NCBI GenBank assembly: GCA_963828495.1
Contig: CAWHFJ010000022.1
Span: forward strand, 22,964 to 86,963
Length of the DNA stretch: 64,000 nucleotides
Direction: 5' to 3'
DNA from: Candidatus Omnitrophota bacterium
Lineage (GTDB): Bacteria > Omnitrophota > Gorgyraeia > Zapsychrales > Fredricksoniimonadaceae
The translations under genes were made by a program, and so were the position numbers. Under the pieces are notes generated by a model that was given only the letters and a program-made list of their open reading frames with translations, made no database searches and was not told the origin of the DNA. Below, one piece after another: positions 1-8,424 of this stretch; the first letter of the stretch is position 1, and each line of letters begins with the position of its first letter.

Positions 1-16
1 CTCTTGGGAGAAACAA

Positions 17-1459
17 ATGAAAAAATTATTAGTAATAGCAATAGCAGTATTGATTGCTTCTCCTGCTTTCGCGGCTGTTCAAAACGTGAAAGTTAGTGGG
101 GACATTCAAACGACGTTCTTAGACCGCCAGGATTTCAGTCTTGGCTTAGTGGAGTCAGGAGTACCTGCAGGTTTAGTCCATCAGACCGGCGTTGCCGAAC
201 AAACCCGCTTGCGTGTTGATGCGGATTTGACTGACAATGTATCCGCCACTGTTCGTTTAATCAACGAAACAGCTTGGGGTGTAGGTGCTAATGAAATTGT
301 AGGCGGAGCTGGTAAAGACGTTGAGCTTGATTTGGCCTATGTCACTCTGCGTGAATTCTTATATTCACCGCTGACTTTGACAGTTGGTCGTCAAGAGTTC
401 TTTTTCGGCAATGGTCTTATCATCGGCGGTGGCCCGAATAATGTTACCTCGGGGCATTTCAACGGTCTTGCTAATGACCTTTCCGAAATAACTGCAGAAG
501 ATGGTATCAAGGCTGTGTTGGATTATAAGCCTTTGACGTTGACTGCGATTTATTTCAAGAATTCGCAGGGTTTTGATTCACTTAAAGGGGAATACGTATC
601 ATGGAATGATTCAGACAGTTCTGATGTTTATGGGTTAAACGCCAATTATCAATTAGGCGATGCCTATAACACGGTTGTGGAAGCCTACATGTTCAGCGAA
701 ATCAACGGCAGTGTTCTTACTGATCAAATTAACGGTAAGGGCGACAAGATCTATGTGCCTGGATTACGCGCGAGCACCAATCCTGTCAAGGGCTTGAATG
801 TGCAGGGCGAAGTAGCCTGGCAGCTTGGTAATCAAGTTGTGGCGAATGGCGCCGGTAAATCTGAATCTGAGCATCGTGATGCTATGGCCGCTCAATTAAT
901 GGCCACCTATTCATTGCCGGTGATGGAAAAATACAAACCGACTGTGAATGCTTCTTGGACCTATGTTTCCGGTGATAAGGACAGTCTTATGAATGGCAAT
1001 GATAGTGCCTCTAAGACTGCCAAGACCTACAGAGCTTGGGATCCGATGTTTGAAGCCCAGGGTGGTGGTACCATCTACAACTCCTTGTTTAATTTAACCG
1101 ACATGAACATCTTTGCTGTGGGTGGTTCAGTTAGCCCTCTGCAAGATGTGACTGCCGCGTTTACTTGGAGTGCTTTGACCGCTGCAGAAAAGTTTAATGG
1201 TCAAAATGGTCTGGCCGTTTTACAGCCTGATCAAGGTGGTGATGGTATCGTAGGTACCATCTACACTCCTGCCGGTTCCAAGAAAACAGGGTTGGGTAAT
1301 GAGTCTGATGTTAATATCAACTATGCTTATACCGAAGATGTTTCTTTTGGGTTAAGCTTAGGCTGGTTCGTTCCGGGCAATGTGTTTAAAGCCGGGAGTG
1401 ACGGTGAGATGGTCAAGACAGCCAGTCAAGCCATTGCTGATGTGAGGGTTGCGTTCTAA
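17..1459 (+). CDS. outer-membrane beta-barrel protein (alginate-export/porin-like)
   Basis: 480-aa ORF with a GGGAG RBS. Signal peptide MKKLLVIAIAVLIASPAFA/AV. Beta-strand-rich sequence with a GRQEFFFGNGLIIG motif as in alginate-export-type barrels. C-terminal ...DVRVAF aromatic end is typical of OM barrels. Confidence 0.6.
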   Translation: MKKLLVIAIAVLIASPAFAAVQNVKVSGDIQTTFLDRQDFSLGLVESGVPAGLVHQTGVAEQTRLRVDADLTDNVSATVRLINETAWGVGANEIVGGAGKDVELDLAYVTLREFLYSPLTLTVGRQEFFFGNGLIIGGGPNNVTSGHFNGLANDLSEITAEDGIKAVLDYKPLTLTAIYFKNSQGFDSLKGEYVSWNDSDSSDVYGLNANYQLGDAYNTVVEAYMFSEINGSVLTDQINGKGDKIYVPGLRASTNPVKGLNVQGEVAWQLGNQVVANGAGKSESEHRDAMAAQLMATYSLPVMEKYKPTVNASWTYVSGDKDSLMNGNDSASKTAKTYRAWDPMFEAQGGGTIYNSLFNLTDMNIFAVGGSVSPLQDVTAAFTWSALTAAEKFNGQNGLAVLQPDQGGDGIVGTIYTPAGSKKTGLGNESDVNINYAYTEDVSFGLSLGWFVPGNVFKAGSDGEMVKTASQAIADVRVAF

Positions 1460-1494
1460 CCTAAATATTGGTTGTGGTTTAGCTGTAAGTTTCA

Positions 1495-1533
1495 AAAACC
1501 CCCGTTCGATGTTGAACGGGGGTTTTCTTTTTG
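1495..1533 (+). terminator. rho-independent terminator after OMP gene
   Basis: Stem CCCCCGTTC (1499-1507) / GAACGGGGG (1514-1522), followed by a T-run at 1523-1532. Confidence 0.7.
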
Positions 1534-1536
1534 ATT

Positions 1537-1570
1537 CCTCCCCCTTGAGGGGGGAGGTTAGGTGGGGGTG
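1537..1570. repeat. G/C-rich hairpin repeat, copy 1
   Basis: CCTCCCCC-TTGA-GGGGGGAGG followed by TTAGGTGGGGGTG. The same architecture recurs at 15737-15771. Confidence 0.5.
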
Positions 1571-1645
1571 TTTTTTACTTGAATTTATGGTATAGAAAAG
1601 ATATTATTCCTGTAAGACGCTCAAGGCCGGAGGAGGTGGAATTAT

Positions 1646-1870
1646 ATGAAAGCTAAAGATTTTGATAAAAAGTTTGATGAGGGGGGAGATATTACACCGT
1701 TAGTCAATAAAAATCATGCCCGTCGTCTTAATCAGGACCAGAGACGAGTCAATGTTGATTTTCCACGATGGATGATCGACTCCTTAGACAAACGAGCCAA
1801 ACGTTTGGGAGTGACAAGGCAATCTGTTATTAAACTTTTTATAGCTGATCATTTAAAACAAGCTAATTAA
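1646..1870 (+). CDS. ribbon-helix-helix antitoxin, BrnA/CopG-like
   Basis: 74 aa. The text KDFDKKFDEGGDITP...RRVNVDFPRWMIDSLDKRAKRLGVTRQSVIKLFIADHL matches the BrnA/CopG antitoxin pattern as I remember it. GGAGG RBS at about 1630. Confidence 0.55.
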   Translation: MKAKDFDKKFDEGGDITPLVNKNHARRLNQDQRRVNVDFPRWMIDSLDKRAKRLGVTRQSVIKLFIADHLKQAN

Positions 1871-1898
1871 ACTAAGTTGTTTTTGTTTTTTCCCCATA

Positions 1899-1932
1899 GT
1901 GTCATTGCGAGCCCGAAGGGCGAAGCAATCTC
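1899..1932. repeat. short hairpin repeat, GTCATTGCGAGC..GAAGCAATC family, copy 1
   Basis: GTGTCATTGCGAGCCCGAAGGGCGAAGCAATCTC, with internal ATTGC/GCAAT stem. Related copies at 4119-4192 and 14650-14678. Confidence 0.6.
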
Positions 1933-1943
1933 CTTCCGTTGTT

Positions 1944-1963
1944 ATTCCCGCGAAAGCGGGAAT
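1944..1963. repeat. perfect hairpin ATTCCCGC-GAAA-GCGGGAAT
   Basis: 8-bp stem with a GAAA tetraloop, immediately after repeat copy 1, in an intergenic spacer. Confidence 0.5.
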
Positions 1964-2040
1964 CCAGTTATAAAAAATTTCTTACATTATCATTTGCATT
2001 TGTATTTAATTTGTTATGATACTTAAAAGGACGTGTCAGC

Positions 2041-2619
2041 ATGACTCGTGATGAAATATATGATCATCTTGCCAAGGTTTATTTAGGCAAGCGTGAGAGT
2101 TTTGTAGAAAAAAAACGTAAATTAAAACCGGTCAATCATTCATGGCTGGTGATTAACATAGTGATTACGGCGGTCATCGCTATTTGTACGGTGTACGGAT
2201 TTACGGCATTTTTAACCCATAGGGCAGATTTAAAGTCTCAGGTTTTTTACGCGCTGAATAATAACCCCATTCGTCTGACCTACGATCTGAATGACCCGTA
2301 TCCGGCGACAAAAACTTTTTCAATGACGCTGCCCAACAAGGATGTTTCCAAATACAAGGCCTTGAATGTCAGTTTGCGCGGGTTGGACGGCGCTTATCCG
2401 GGAATTGTGAAAGTCATCGTTGCTAACCAAAAAAATGAGAAGGCCAGTTATTATATTCAAAACGTGAATATGCAGTGGCGGACGGTCAACATTCCTTTTG
2501 AAAAATTAAATTTAACGGATTGGACTACAGTGACGGATGTGTCCTTTGTTCTGGAAGCATGGAACGTGGATTTTCGTAAAGGCGCACTGTTGATTGATGG
2601 GGTTAGCTTTTCAAACTGA
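2041..2619 (+). CDS. membrane-anchored protein with C-terminal beta-sandwich domain (CBM11/CIA30-like?)
   Basis: 192 aa. Single TM segment (WLVINIVITAVIAICTVYGFTAFL), then a beta-rich domain ending ...WTTVTDVSFVLEAWNVDFRKGALLIDGVSFSN, reminiscent of jelly-roll carbohydrate-binding modules. The product call is tentative. Confidence 0.45.
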   Translation: MTRDEIYDHLAKVYLGKRESFVEKKRKLKPVNHSWLVINIVITAVIAICTVYGFTAFLTHRADLKSQVFYALNNNPIRLTYDLNDPYPATKTFSMTLPNKDVSKYKALNVSLRGLDGAYPGIVKVIVANQKNEKASYYIQNVNMQWRTVNIPFEKLNLTDWTTVTDVSFVLEAWNVDFRKGALLIDGVSFSN

Positions 2620-2638
2620 CGAGGACGCAACGTCCGAA

Positions 2639-2666
2639 GTCATCCTGAGGCAACGGCCGAAGGATC
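2639..2666. repeat. short hairpin repeat GTCATCCTGAGG..GAAGGATC
   Basis: Same frame as the GTCATTGCGAGC family (GTC-stem-GAG...GAAG-stem-C), but the stem is ATCCT/AGGAT instead of ATTGC/GCAAT. Confidence 0.5.
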
Positions 2667-2687
2667 TTTTTTAGGAGATATGTTTTT

Positions 2688-3791
2688 ATGAAAATTATTT
2701 CGATTGCCAATCAAAAAGGCGGATGCGGGAAAACGACGACGGCCATCAATTTGGCCTCGACCTTGGCGTTTAACGGTCAAAAGACCTTGTTGATCGATTT
2801 AGACCCTCAGGCGCACGCCACCTTGGGGCTTAATGTGGAAGACCAAAACAGCCTTTATAATTGCATTTCCAAGTTGACCCCGCATAAATTAAAAATCAAA
2901 GACATTATCAAAAAAGTGAGCAACTCCTTTGATATCGTGCCGTCCAATGTTTTAGTCGGTACCCTCGAACAGGAATTGGCGGATGAGATCGGCCGTGAAC
3001 TTAAACTGACGGAAATTCTCAGTGAGATCAAAGACCTCTACGATTATATTTTGATTGATTGTCCTCCGAGCCTCGGGTTTTTGACCGTGAATGCGATTCG
3101 TGCCAGCGACGAGATCATCATACCGGTTGAGACCAGCCGTTTTTCCATGCAGGGGGTGGACCACCTGATGGATATTGCTAATTTGATCCGTGAGAGGCTC
3201 AATCACTCGGTTGACACTAAAGTGTTGATCACCATGTTTGACTCGCGCCTGCGCCATTCTTTTACTATGCTGGGGCACATGAAAGAAAAGTTCTCCGGGA
3301 TGCTGTTTGATACGATTGTGCATATCAATGTCAAGCTCAAAGAAGCCGCGGTCATGGGGGAAGCGGTCATCAAGTATGATAAATATTGCCGCGGTTCCAA
3401 AGATTATTTGAGTCTAGCGCGCGAGATTTTGAGTCTCAACCGTCCTGTGGCATCAGCAGAACAGACAGCGCCAGAGTATGAACCTTCAGAACGTATGCAG
3501 GAGTTAATCCAAACAGAAACCGAAGGATTTTTAAAGACGACGGCCTTTATCTTAAAGGCCCCGCAGGCCCAATGTGTTTATGTGACCGGATCTTTTAATG
3601 ACTGGTCCCTGGATGAAAATTGTCGTTTGAACAACAAGGACGGTCTCTGGACGTTGGACCTTAATTTAAAGCCGGGCGTCTATAGATATCAGTTTATCGT
3701 CGACGGTAAATGGCAGGAAGACCCCGCCAATACGCACACGGAGCGCAATTCATTCGGAGACATTAATTCTGTCATTGAGGTCAAGGCCTGA
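2688..3791 (+). CDS. ParA/MinD-family ATPase fused to C-terminal AMPK-beta/CBM48-like glycogen-binding domain
   Basis: 367 aa. Deviant Walker A NQKGGCGKTTT, then LLIDLDPQ and ILIDCPPSLG, as in ParA/Soj. C-terminal residues about 283-366 read VYVTGSFNDWS...DGLWTLDLNLKPGVYRYQFIVDGKWQEDP, the AMPK1_CBM/CBM48 signature. Confidence 0.75.
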   Translation: MKIISIANQKGGCGKTTTAINLASTLAFNGQKTLLIDLDPQAHATLGLNVEDQNSLYNCISKLTPHKLKIKDIIKKVSNSFDIVPSNVLVGTLEQELADEIGRELKLTEILSEIKDLYDYILIDCPPSLGFLTVNAIRASDEIIIPVETSRFSMQGVDHLMDIANLIRERLNHSVDTKVLITMFDSRLRHSFTMLGHMKEKFSGMLFDTIVHINVKLKEAAVMGEAVIKYDKYCRGSKDYLSLAREILSLNRPVASAEQTAPEYEPSERMQELIQTETEGFLKTTAFILKAPQAQCVYVTGSFNDWSLDENCRLNNKDGLWTLDLNLKPGVYRYQFIVDGKWQEDPANTHTERNSFGDINSVIEVKA

Positions 3792-4114
3792 TGTCCTCGA
3801 AGGGAAATTTCAGCAAAGCAGATATTTTGGATGGTAAAATGTACGCGGTTTTAGCGTACCTTTCCATCTTTTGTATTGTGCCTTTGATCTTCAGAAAAAA
3901 TAATGCTTTTGTTTTGAGTCATGGACGTCAAGGTTTGGTGCTTTTTGTGGGGGAAGTAGGGGCTTTGATCCTCAGCATTGTTTTTCCCTGGGTGTTGAGG
4001 CCTTTCTTGTTTATCCTTTTCGGATTTTCGTTTTGGGGAATGGTCACGGCCATTCTCGGTCAAGTTGTCGAATTTCCGGTCATTGCCCGTATTGCGGGAA
4101 AAATTACGTTGTAG
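3791..4114 (+). CDS. small integral membrane protein (DUF4870/Tic20-like)
   Basis: 107 aa. Its ATG overlaps the parA-like stop codon (TGATG), suggesting translational coupling. The text YAVLAYLSIFCIVPLIF..N.FV.SHGRQGLVLF resembles DUF4870-type proteins. About 3 TM segments. Confidence 0.5.
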   Translation: MSSKGNFSKADILDGKMYAVLAYLSIFCIVPLIFRKNNAFVLSHGRQGLVLFVGEVGALILSIVFPWVLRPFLFILFGFSFWGMVTAILGQVVEFPVIARIAGKITL

Positions 4115-4118
4115 AAGG

Positions 4119-4192
4119 GTGTCATTGCGAGCGAAGCGAAGCAATCCCGTTTTTTGAGATTGCTTCAGTCGCGTTGCTCCTTCGCAATGACA
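4119..4192. repeat. inverted pair of GTCATTGCGAGCGAAGCGAAGCAATC repeats
   Basis: The left arm (4119-4146) and the right arm GATTGCTTCAGTCGCGTTGCTCCTTCGCAATGAC (4158-4192) form a long imperfect palindrome in the spacer. Confidence 0.6.
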
Positions 4193-4202
4193 AACGCTGA
4201 CT

Positions 4203-4628
4203 ATGTTCCGTAAAATTGTGAATGTCCTTAAAGAGGTTTTTTGGATTAAACCGTCACGCAAGAAAGCCAAGCCTGCCAAAAAATCCGTCAAGAAATCCGT
4301 CAAGAAATCTGCTATTAAGAAGAAGATTGTCAAGAAAACCCCCCAAGCTCCCTTGAAGGTTAAGGCCCAACAACTGGATCCTTCACTGCGCGAAGCAGGG
4401 GTGATCACCCATTATTTTGATCGTATTAAAGTCTGTGTCGTCAAAGTCACCCAGGGCACTATTTTGATAGGAGATAAGCTTACGATTGTCGGGCCCAAGA
4501 CAAAATTCACCCAGAAGGTTTGGTCTATGCAGATCGAAAGTGAAGATGTCAAGGTTGCCAAGAAGGGGCAGCTTATTGGCCTTAAGGTGGACAAGATTGT
4601 AGCTGTAGGGGATAAGGTGTATAAATGA
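4203..4628 (+). CDS. Lys-rich protein with EF-Tu domain-2-like beta-barrel
   Basis: 141 aa. The N-terminus contains KKSVKKSVKKSAIKKKIVKK, encoded by a 12-nt tandem repeat. The C-terminus GVITHYFDRIKVCVVKV...GDKLTIVG...Q.V.SMQIE...V..A..G..IGLKV resembles 'translation elongation factor-like' small proteins. Confidence 0.5.
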   Translation: MFRKIVNVLKEVFWIKPSRKKAKPAKKSVKKSVKKSAIKKKIVKKTPQAPLKVKAQQLDPSLREAGVITHYFDRIKVCVVKVTQGTILIGDKLTIVGPKTKFTQKVWSMQIESEDVKVAKKGQLIGLKVDKIVAVGDKVYK

Positions 4629-4659
4629 CAAATTGTTTAAAATATGGTATATTTACACT

Positions 4660-4848
4660 ATGAGAGACTGTCAGGGGCAAAATATCATTGAATACGTCCT
4701 GTTCGTGGCCGCGGTGGTGATACTCTGCCTTGTTTTTTTAAAACCGCAAGCAGGTGGCCCCATGCATGATAGCATTAATGCCGCCCTTGGCAGTATGGTC
4801 ACTCAGATCAATAATGGCATAAGCGCAATCCAGTTTAATAGTAATTAA
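4660..4848 (+). CDS. Flp/Fap-type pilin-like protein
   Basis: MRDCQG/QNIIEYVLFVAAVVILCLVFL fits the Flp prepilin motif (G/xxxxEY followed by a hydrophobic helix). The start at 4660 is preferred over the ORF-track start at 4633. Confidence 0.45.
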   Translation: MRDCQGQNIIEYVLFVAAVVILCLVFLKPQAGGPMHDSINAALGSMVTQINNGISAIQFNSN

Positions 4849-4850
4849 TC

Positions 4851-5234
4851 ATGACAAAGAAAACAGCACTTTCTAAAGCCCACAAGGCTTTGGTTTTCCG
4901 TTATCTGCTTTGGGCGTATAAAACAACCAAAGAAAGTTTTGAACGCATTGAACGCAAAACCACGCAGTTGATGGTGGATGAATATATCGCACAGAGGGTG
5001 TCTTCGGAAGAATTTAAGGCTTACATCCAAGCCAAGCGGGCGGATGAATGTAAATTGAAATTTTCCGACGCAGACGGCAAAATTTTGCATCCGCAGTATG
5101 TGTATTTAAAGAAGCGTTTGGCAGCTATTGAAGCGGCGATTAAGTATTTTTTGGGCCCTAAGAAATTGCGTATCATCCAAGCCTTGTATGAAGAGGAATT
5201 TATCCGGCGTATTTTAGAGGCACGGGACCATTAA
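4851..5234 (+). CDS. hypothetical protein
   Basis: 127-aa ORF, helical and charged. I recognise no family. It is tightly packed against the upstream gene. Confidence 0.45.
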   Translation: MTKKTALSKAHKALVFRYLLWAYKTTKESFERIERKTTQLMVDEYIAQRVSSEEFKAYIQAKRADECKLKFSDADGKILHPQYVYLKKRLAAIEAAIKYFLGPKKLRIIQALYEEEFIRRILEARDH

Positions 5235-5461
5235 TATTTTTTATACCCGTCTCGGATTTTCTCTTTCATGTCCTCGATCATCTGCTTCTGTTTGTCTTTT
5301 GTATCGTCAATCGTCTTTTGTTCTTCGGTTTTGATAGCGGAAGAATCCATGGCCGCGGGTGGGCGCGAGAAAGTTTTGGATAATCCGGTAATGTACCCGA
5401 AAAATAGGCTCAAGACCCAACATACGCCAAAAATGATAATAAGGATGTACCCCAAGTTCAT
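5231..5461 (-). CDS. small membrane protein, hypothetical
   Basis: 76 aa. An N-terminal TM segment (ILIIIFGVCWVLSLFFGYI) followed by a Lys/Glu-rich tail. The competing plus-strand ORF here is only an unsupported N-terminal extension. Confidence 0.35.
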   Translation of the reverse strand: MNLGYILIIIFGVCWVLSLFFGYITGLSKTFSRPPAAMDSSAIKTEEQKTIDDTKDKQKQMIEDMKEKIRDGYKKY

Positions 5462-5486
5462 AAAAGTAGTATATAATAAATTGATT

Positions 5487-5891
5487 ATGATGAAAGCATT
5501 GTTTTTAATTTTGTTTTTATTTTTAGGTTTAGACGCCCCAGCACAGACACCGGTCGAAATTTATGCTAATGGCCATAAATATGATTCGCTGCAAGCGTAT
5601 GAAGCCTCAAAGAGCAAAACACTTAATGTCACTTCCAATCCATTATCTGAAGCGACCATGCATAAGTTATATATATTAAGTGTGGAAAAAGGGATGGTTG
5701 CGGCTTTGCAGAATTTTTACCGGACTTTTTGGGTAGGTTCTGATTTTACTCTGGGAGAGAGGATTGCCCCTGATCAAATGCAAGAGGCTATCAAAAAAGC
5801 AGTTACAGCTTCCGGATCCACCAAACTCCTGATTGCCGGATCAGGGAAAGTCCGCATTATGACTATAAACACGGATGAGGCGCAAAAATAA
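5487..5891 (+). CDS. secreted hypothetical protein
   Basis: The internal start MMKALFLILFLFLGLDAPAQ/T gives a clean signal peptide. The ORF-track start at 5268 is antisense to the small membrane protein gene. Confidence 0.5.
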   Translation: MMKALFLILFLFLGLDAPAQTPVEIYANGHKYDSLQAYEASKSKTLNVTSNPLSEATMHKLYILSVEKGMVAALQNFYRTFWVGSDFTLGERIAPDQMQEAIKKAVTASGSTKLLIAGSGKVRIMTINTDEAQK

Positions 5892-5923
5892 GGGGAAGGA
5901 CGGCCTGGGAGCGATTGTTTTGC

Positions 5924-5952
5924 TTGACTATTATGGGCGGCAATTGTATAAT
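5924..5952 (+). promoter_or_regulatory. sigma70-type promoter for rpsO
   Basis: TTGACT (5924-5929), 17-nt spacer, TATAAT (5947-5952), about 50 nt upstream of rpsO. Confidence 0.5.
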
Positions 5953-6000
5953 TTCACATTCTAAAAAGACAACATAAACCATGTAAGAAGGAGAAGTCAG

Positions 6001-6270
6001 TTGGCTATAGTTAAAGAAAAGAAAACAGAGGTCATCAACCGTTTTAAGACGCATGCGAAGGACACGGGCTCAGCCCCTGTCCAAATTGCGGTGTTGACAG
6101 AACAAATCAATCAACTCAACACGCATTTTCAAATCCACAAGAAGGATTATCATTCCCGCCGTGGCATGTTGATGCTCATCGGTCGGCGTCGCCGGCTTTT
6201 GGATTATCTCCAAAAGCAAGATCCCAAAAAATACGAAGAAACTATTAACAAGCTCGATTTGCGCAAGTAA
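6001..6270 (+). CDS. rpsO: 30S ribosomal protein S15
   Basis: 89 aa with a TTG start. Unmistakable S15 text: ...DTGSAPVQIAVLTEQINQLNTHF..HKKDYHSRRGMLMLIGRRRRLLDYL. Confidence 0.95.
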   Translation: MAIVKEKKTEVINRFKTHAKDTGSAPVQIAVLTEQINQLNTHFQIHKKDYHSRRGMLMLIGRRRRLLDYLQKQDPKKYEETINKLDLRK

Positions 6271-6294
6271 CCGGGGCTTAAGAAAGGGTCTATT

Positions 6295-8400
6295 ATGGCA
6301 CAAGGACGTGTGGAAATTCCTTTTGGAGCTTCCAATCTTATTATTGAATCAGGTAAAATCGCCAAGCAAGCCAACGGCGCTGTGACTTTGTCCGTCGGCG
6401 GCACGGTTGTTTTGGTCACGGCCTGTATGGCGAAAAAACCTAGAGAAGGGATTGATTTTTTCCCTTTGACGGTTGAATATCAGGAAAAAACTTATTCCGC
6501 AGGCAGGATCCCCGGCGGTTTCTTTAAGCGCGAAGGCCGTTCGACCGAACGCGAAATTTTAGTGTCCCGTTTGATCGACCGTTCCGTGCGTCCTTTATTC
6601 CCGCAAGGATGCTTGAATGAAGTGCAGATCGTGGCCTCTGTCTTAAGCCATGACGGTGAAAATGATCCGGATATTTTGGCGATGATCGGTGCTTCGGCGC
6701 TTTGATGGTTTCCGACATCCCTTATGACGGCCCTATCGGTGCCACCCGGGTATGTTTGATCGATGGAGAATTGGTGGCCAATCCTACTTTTGCCCAGCGC
6801 AAAGAAAAAAATACCATGGATTTGGTGGTGGCAGGTTGGGGTGATGGTATTGTCATGATCGAAGGCGAAGCCAATGAAGTCCCTGAAGCCAAGGTCTTGG
6901 AAGGATTAAAATTCGCCTTAAAAGATTTGCAGGCTTCCAAAGAAGCCCAGATGAAATTAGCCAAAGAAGATCGGCAAACCTAAAACACAAATGCCGATAA
7001 AAGAAGTCCATCCGGCTTTTGCGGCCCATGTGCGTCAATTAGCCTTAGGGCCTTTGAATGATGCTTATACAAAAATTGCGGACAAACAAAAGCGTGAAGA
7101 TGCGGTCAATGCGGTATTTGAAAAATTGACAGGTGATTTAAGCGCCTATGCTCAATTTAATACCGAAGAGCATGAAATTACGGCATCTGATGTGATTGCC
7201 CAATTTGAAGCCCTGCAATATGAAGTCATCCGCAACAATGTTTTTGATAAAGGTATCCGTGCCGACGGCCGTGGTTTAAAAGATATCCGTCAGCTTGATT
7301 GTGAAGTCAGTGTTCTGCCGCGTACCCATGGTTCAGCCTTGTTTACCCGCGGGCAAACCCAAAGTTTGGGGATCATCACACTTGGCACCAAGGACGATGA
7401 GCAATTAGTCGAAGGCCTGGAAGAAACAAGTTATAAGACCTTTATGCTGCATTATAATTTTCCTTCTTTTAGCGTGGGTGAAACCAAGCCCATGCGTGGT
7501 CCTGGCCGTCGTGAAATCGGCCATGGCGCGTTGGCTGCCAAGGCGATCAGAGCAGTGCTTCCTTCAAAAGATGATTTTCCTTACACCATCCGGGTGGTTT
7601 CTGAAATTTTGGAATCCAACGGTTCCTCATCCATGGCTTCTGTGTGTGCCGGTTGTTTGGCGCTGATGGATGCCGGTGTTCCTATCAAAGCGCCGGTGGC
7701 AGGTATTTCCATCGGACTTATTTCCGATGAGAAACGCACGGTTTTGATCACCGACATCATGGGCTTGGAAGATCATTTCGGGGACATGGATTTCAAAGTG
7801 GCGGGTTCCCGCGAAGGTGTTAATGCCATTCAGCTGGACCTTAAGATCAAACAATTATCCATCGAGCTTTTGGAAAAGGCCGTGGCCCAGGCCAGGGAAG
7901 CCCGCATGATCATTTTAGACAAAATGCATTCTGTGATGCCTGCGGTGCGTGCCGAGATGTCACCTTATGCGCCGCGCATCGTGACTTTGCAGATCCCGCA
8001 GGACAAGATCGGTGAGATCATCGGTCCCGGCGGCAAGAATATCCGCAGGATGATCGAAGAAAGCGGTGTTACTTCCATCGATATCGAAGAAGACGGCAAG
8101 GTGATCGTGGCGTCTCCTGATAAAGATGCTTTGGAAAAAGCCGTGGGCATGATAAAAGCTTTGACCGAAGAGCCGGAGGTTGGTAAAATTTATGAAGCAA
8201 CCGTCAAGAGGATCATGAATTTCGGCGCTTTTGTTGAATTTATTCCCGGACGCGAAGGCTTGGTGCATGTCTCCGAGCTTGCTAATAAATTCGTCAAAGA
8301 TGTTAATGAAGTCATTAAGGTCGGCGATAAATTTAAAGTCAAGCTCATGGAAAAAGACGAGATGGGCCGTTTTAACTTGAGCAAAAAACAAGCCGAATAA
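6295..8400 (+). pseudogene. pnp: polynucleotide phosphorylase, frame-disrupted in this sequence (2 shifts)
   Basis: The PNPase text runs across three ORFs: 6295-6705, 6702-6983 and 6991-8400 (RNase PH, KH and S1 domains, ...IYEATVKRIMNFGAFVEF). Single-nucleotide corrections restore the conserved text ...[18 protein letters not shown] (about 6697-6703) and ...KLAKEIGKPKTQMPIKEV (about 6961-6972). Confidence 0.9.
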
Positions 8401-8424
8401 TCTAAGTCGTAAAGGATTTGAGGA

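Noticed and set aside
3851-4408. 185-aa minus-strand ORF.
   Set aside because: It is antisense to two supported plus-strand genes. It runs through the GTCATTGCGAGC palindrome, and its ...CHCEGATRLKQS...LLRFARNDT... text is just that repeat translated. It is not a gene.
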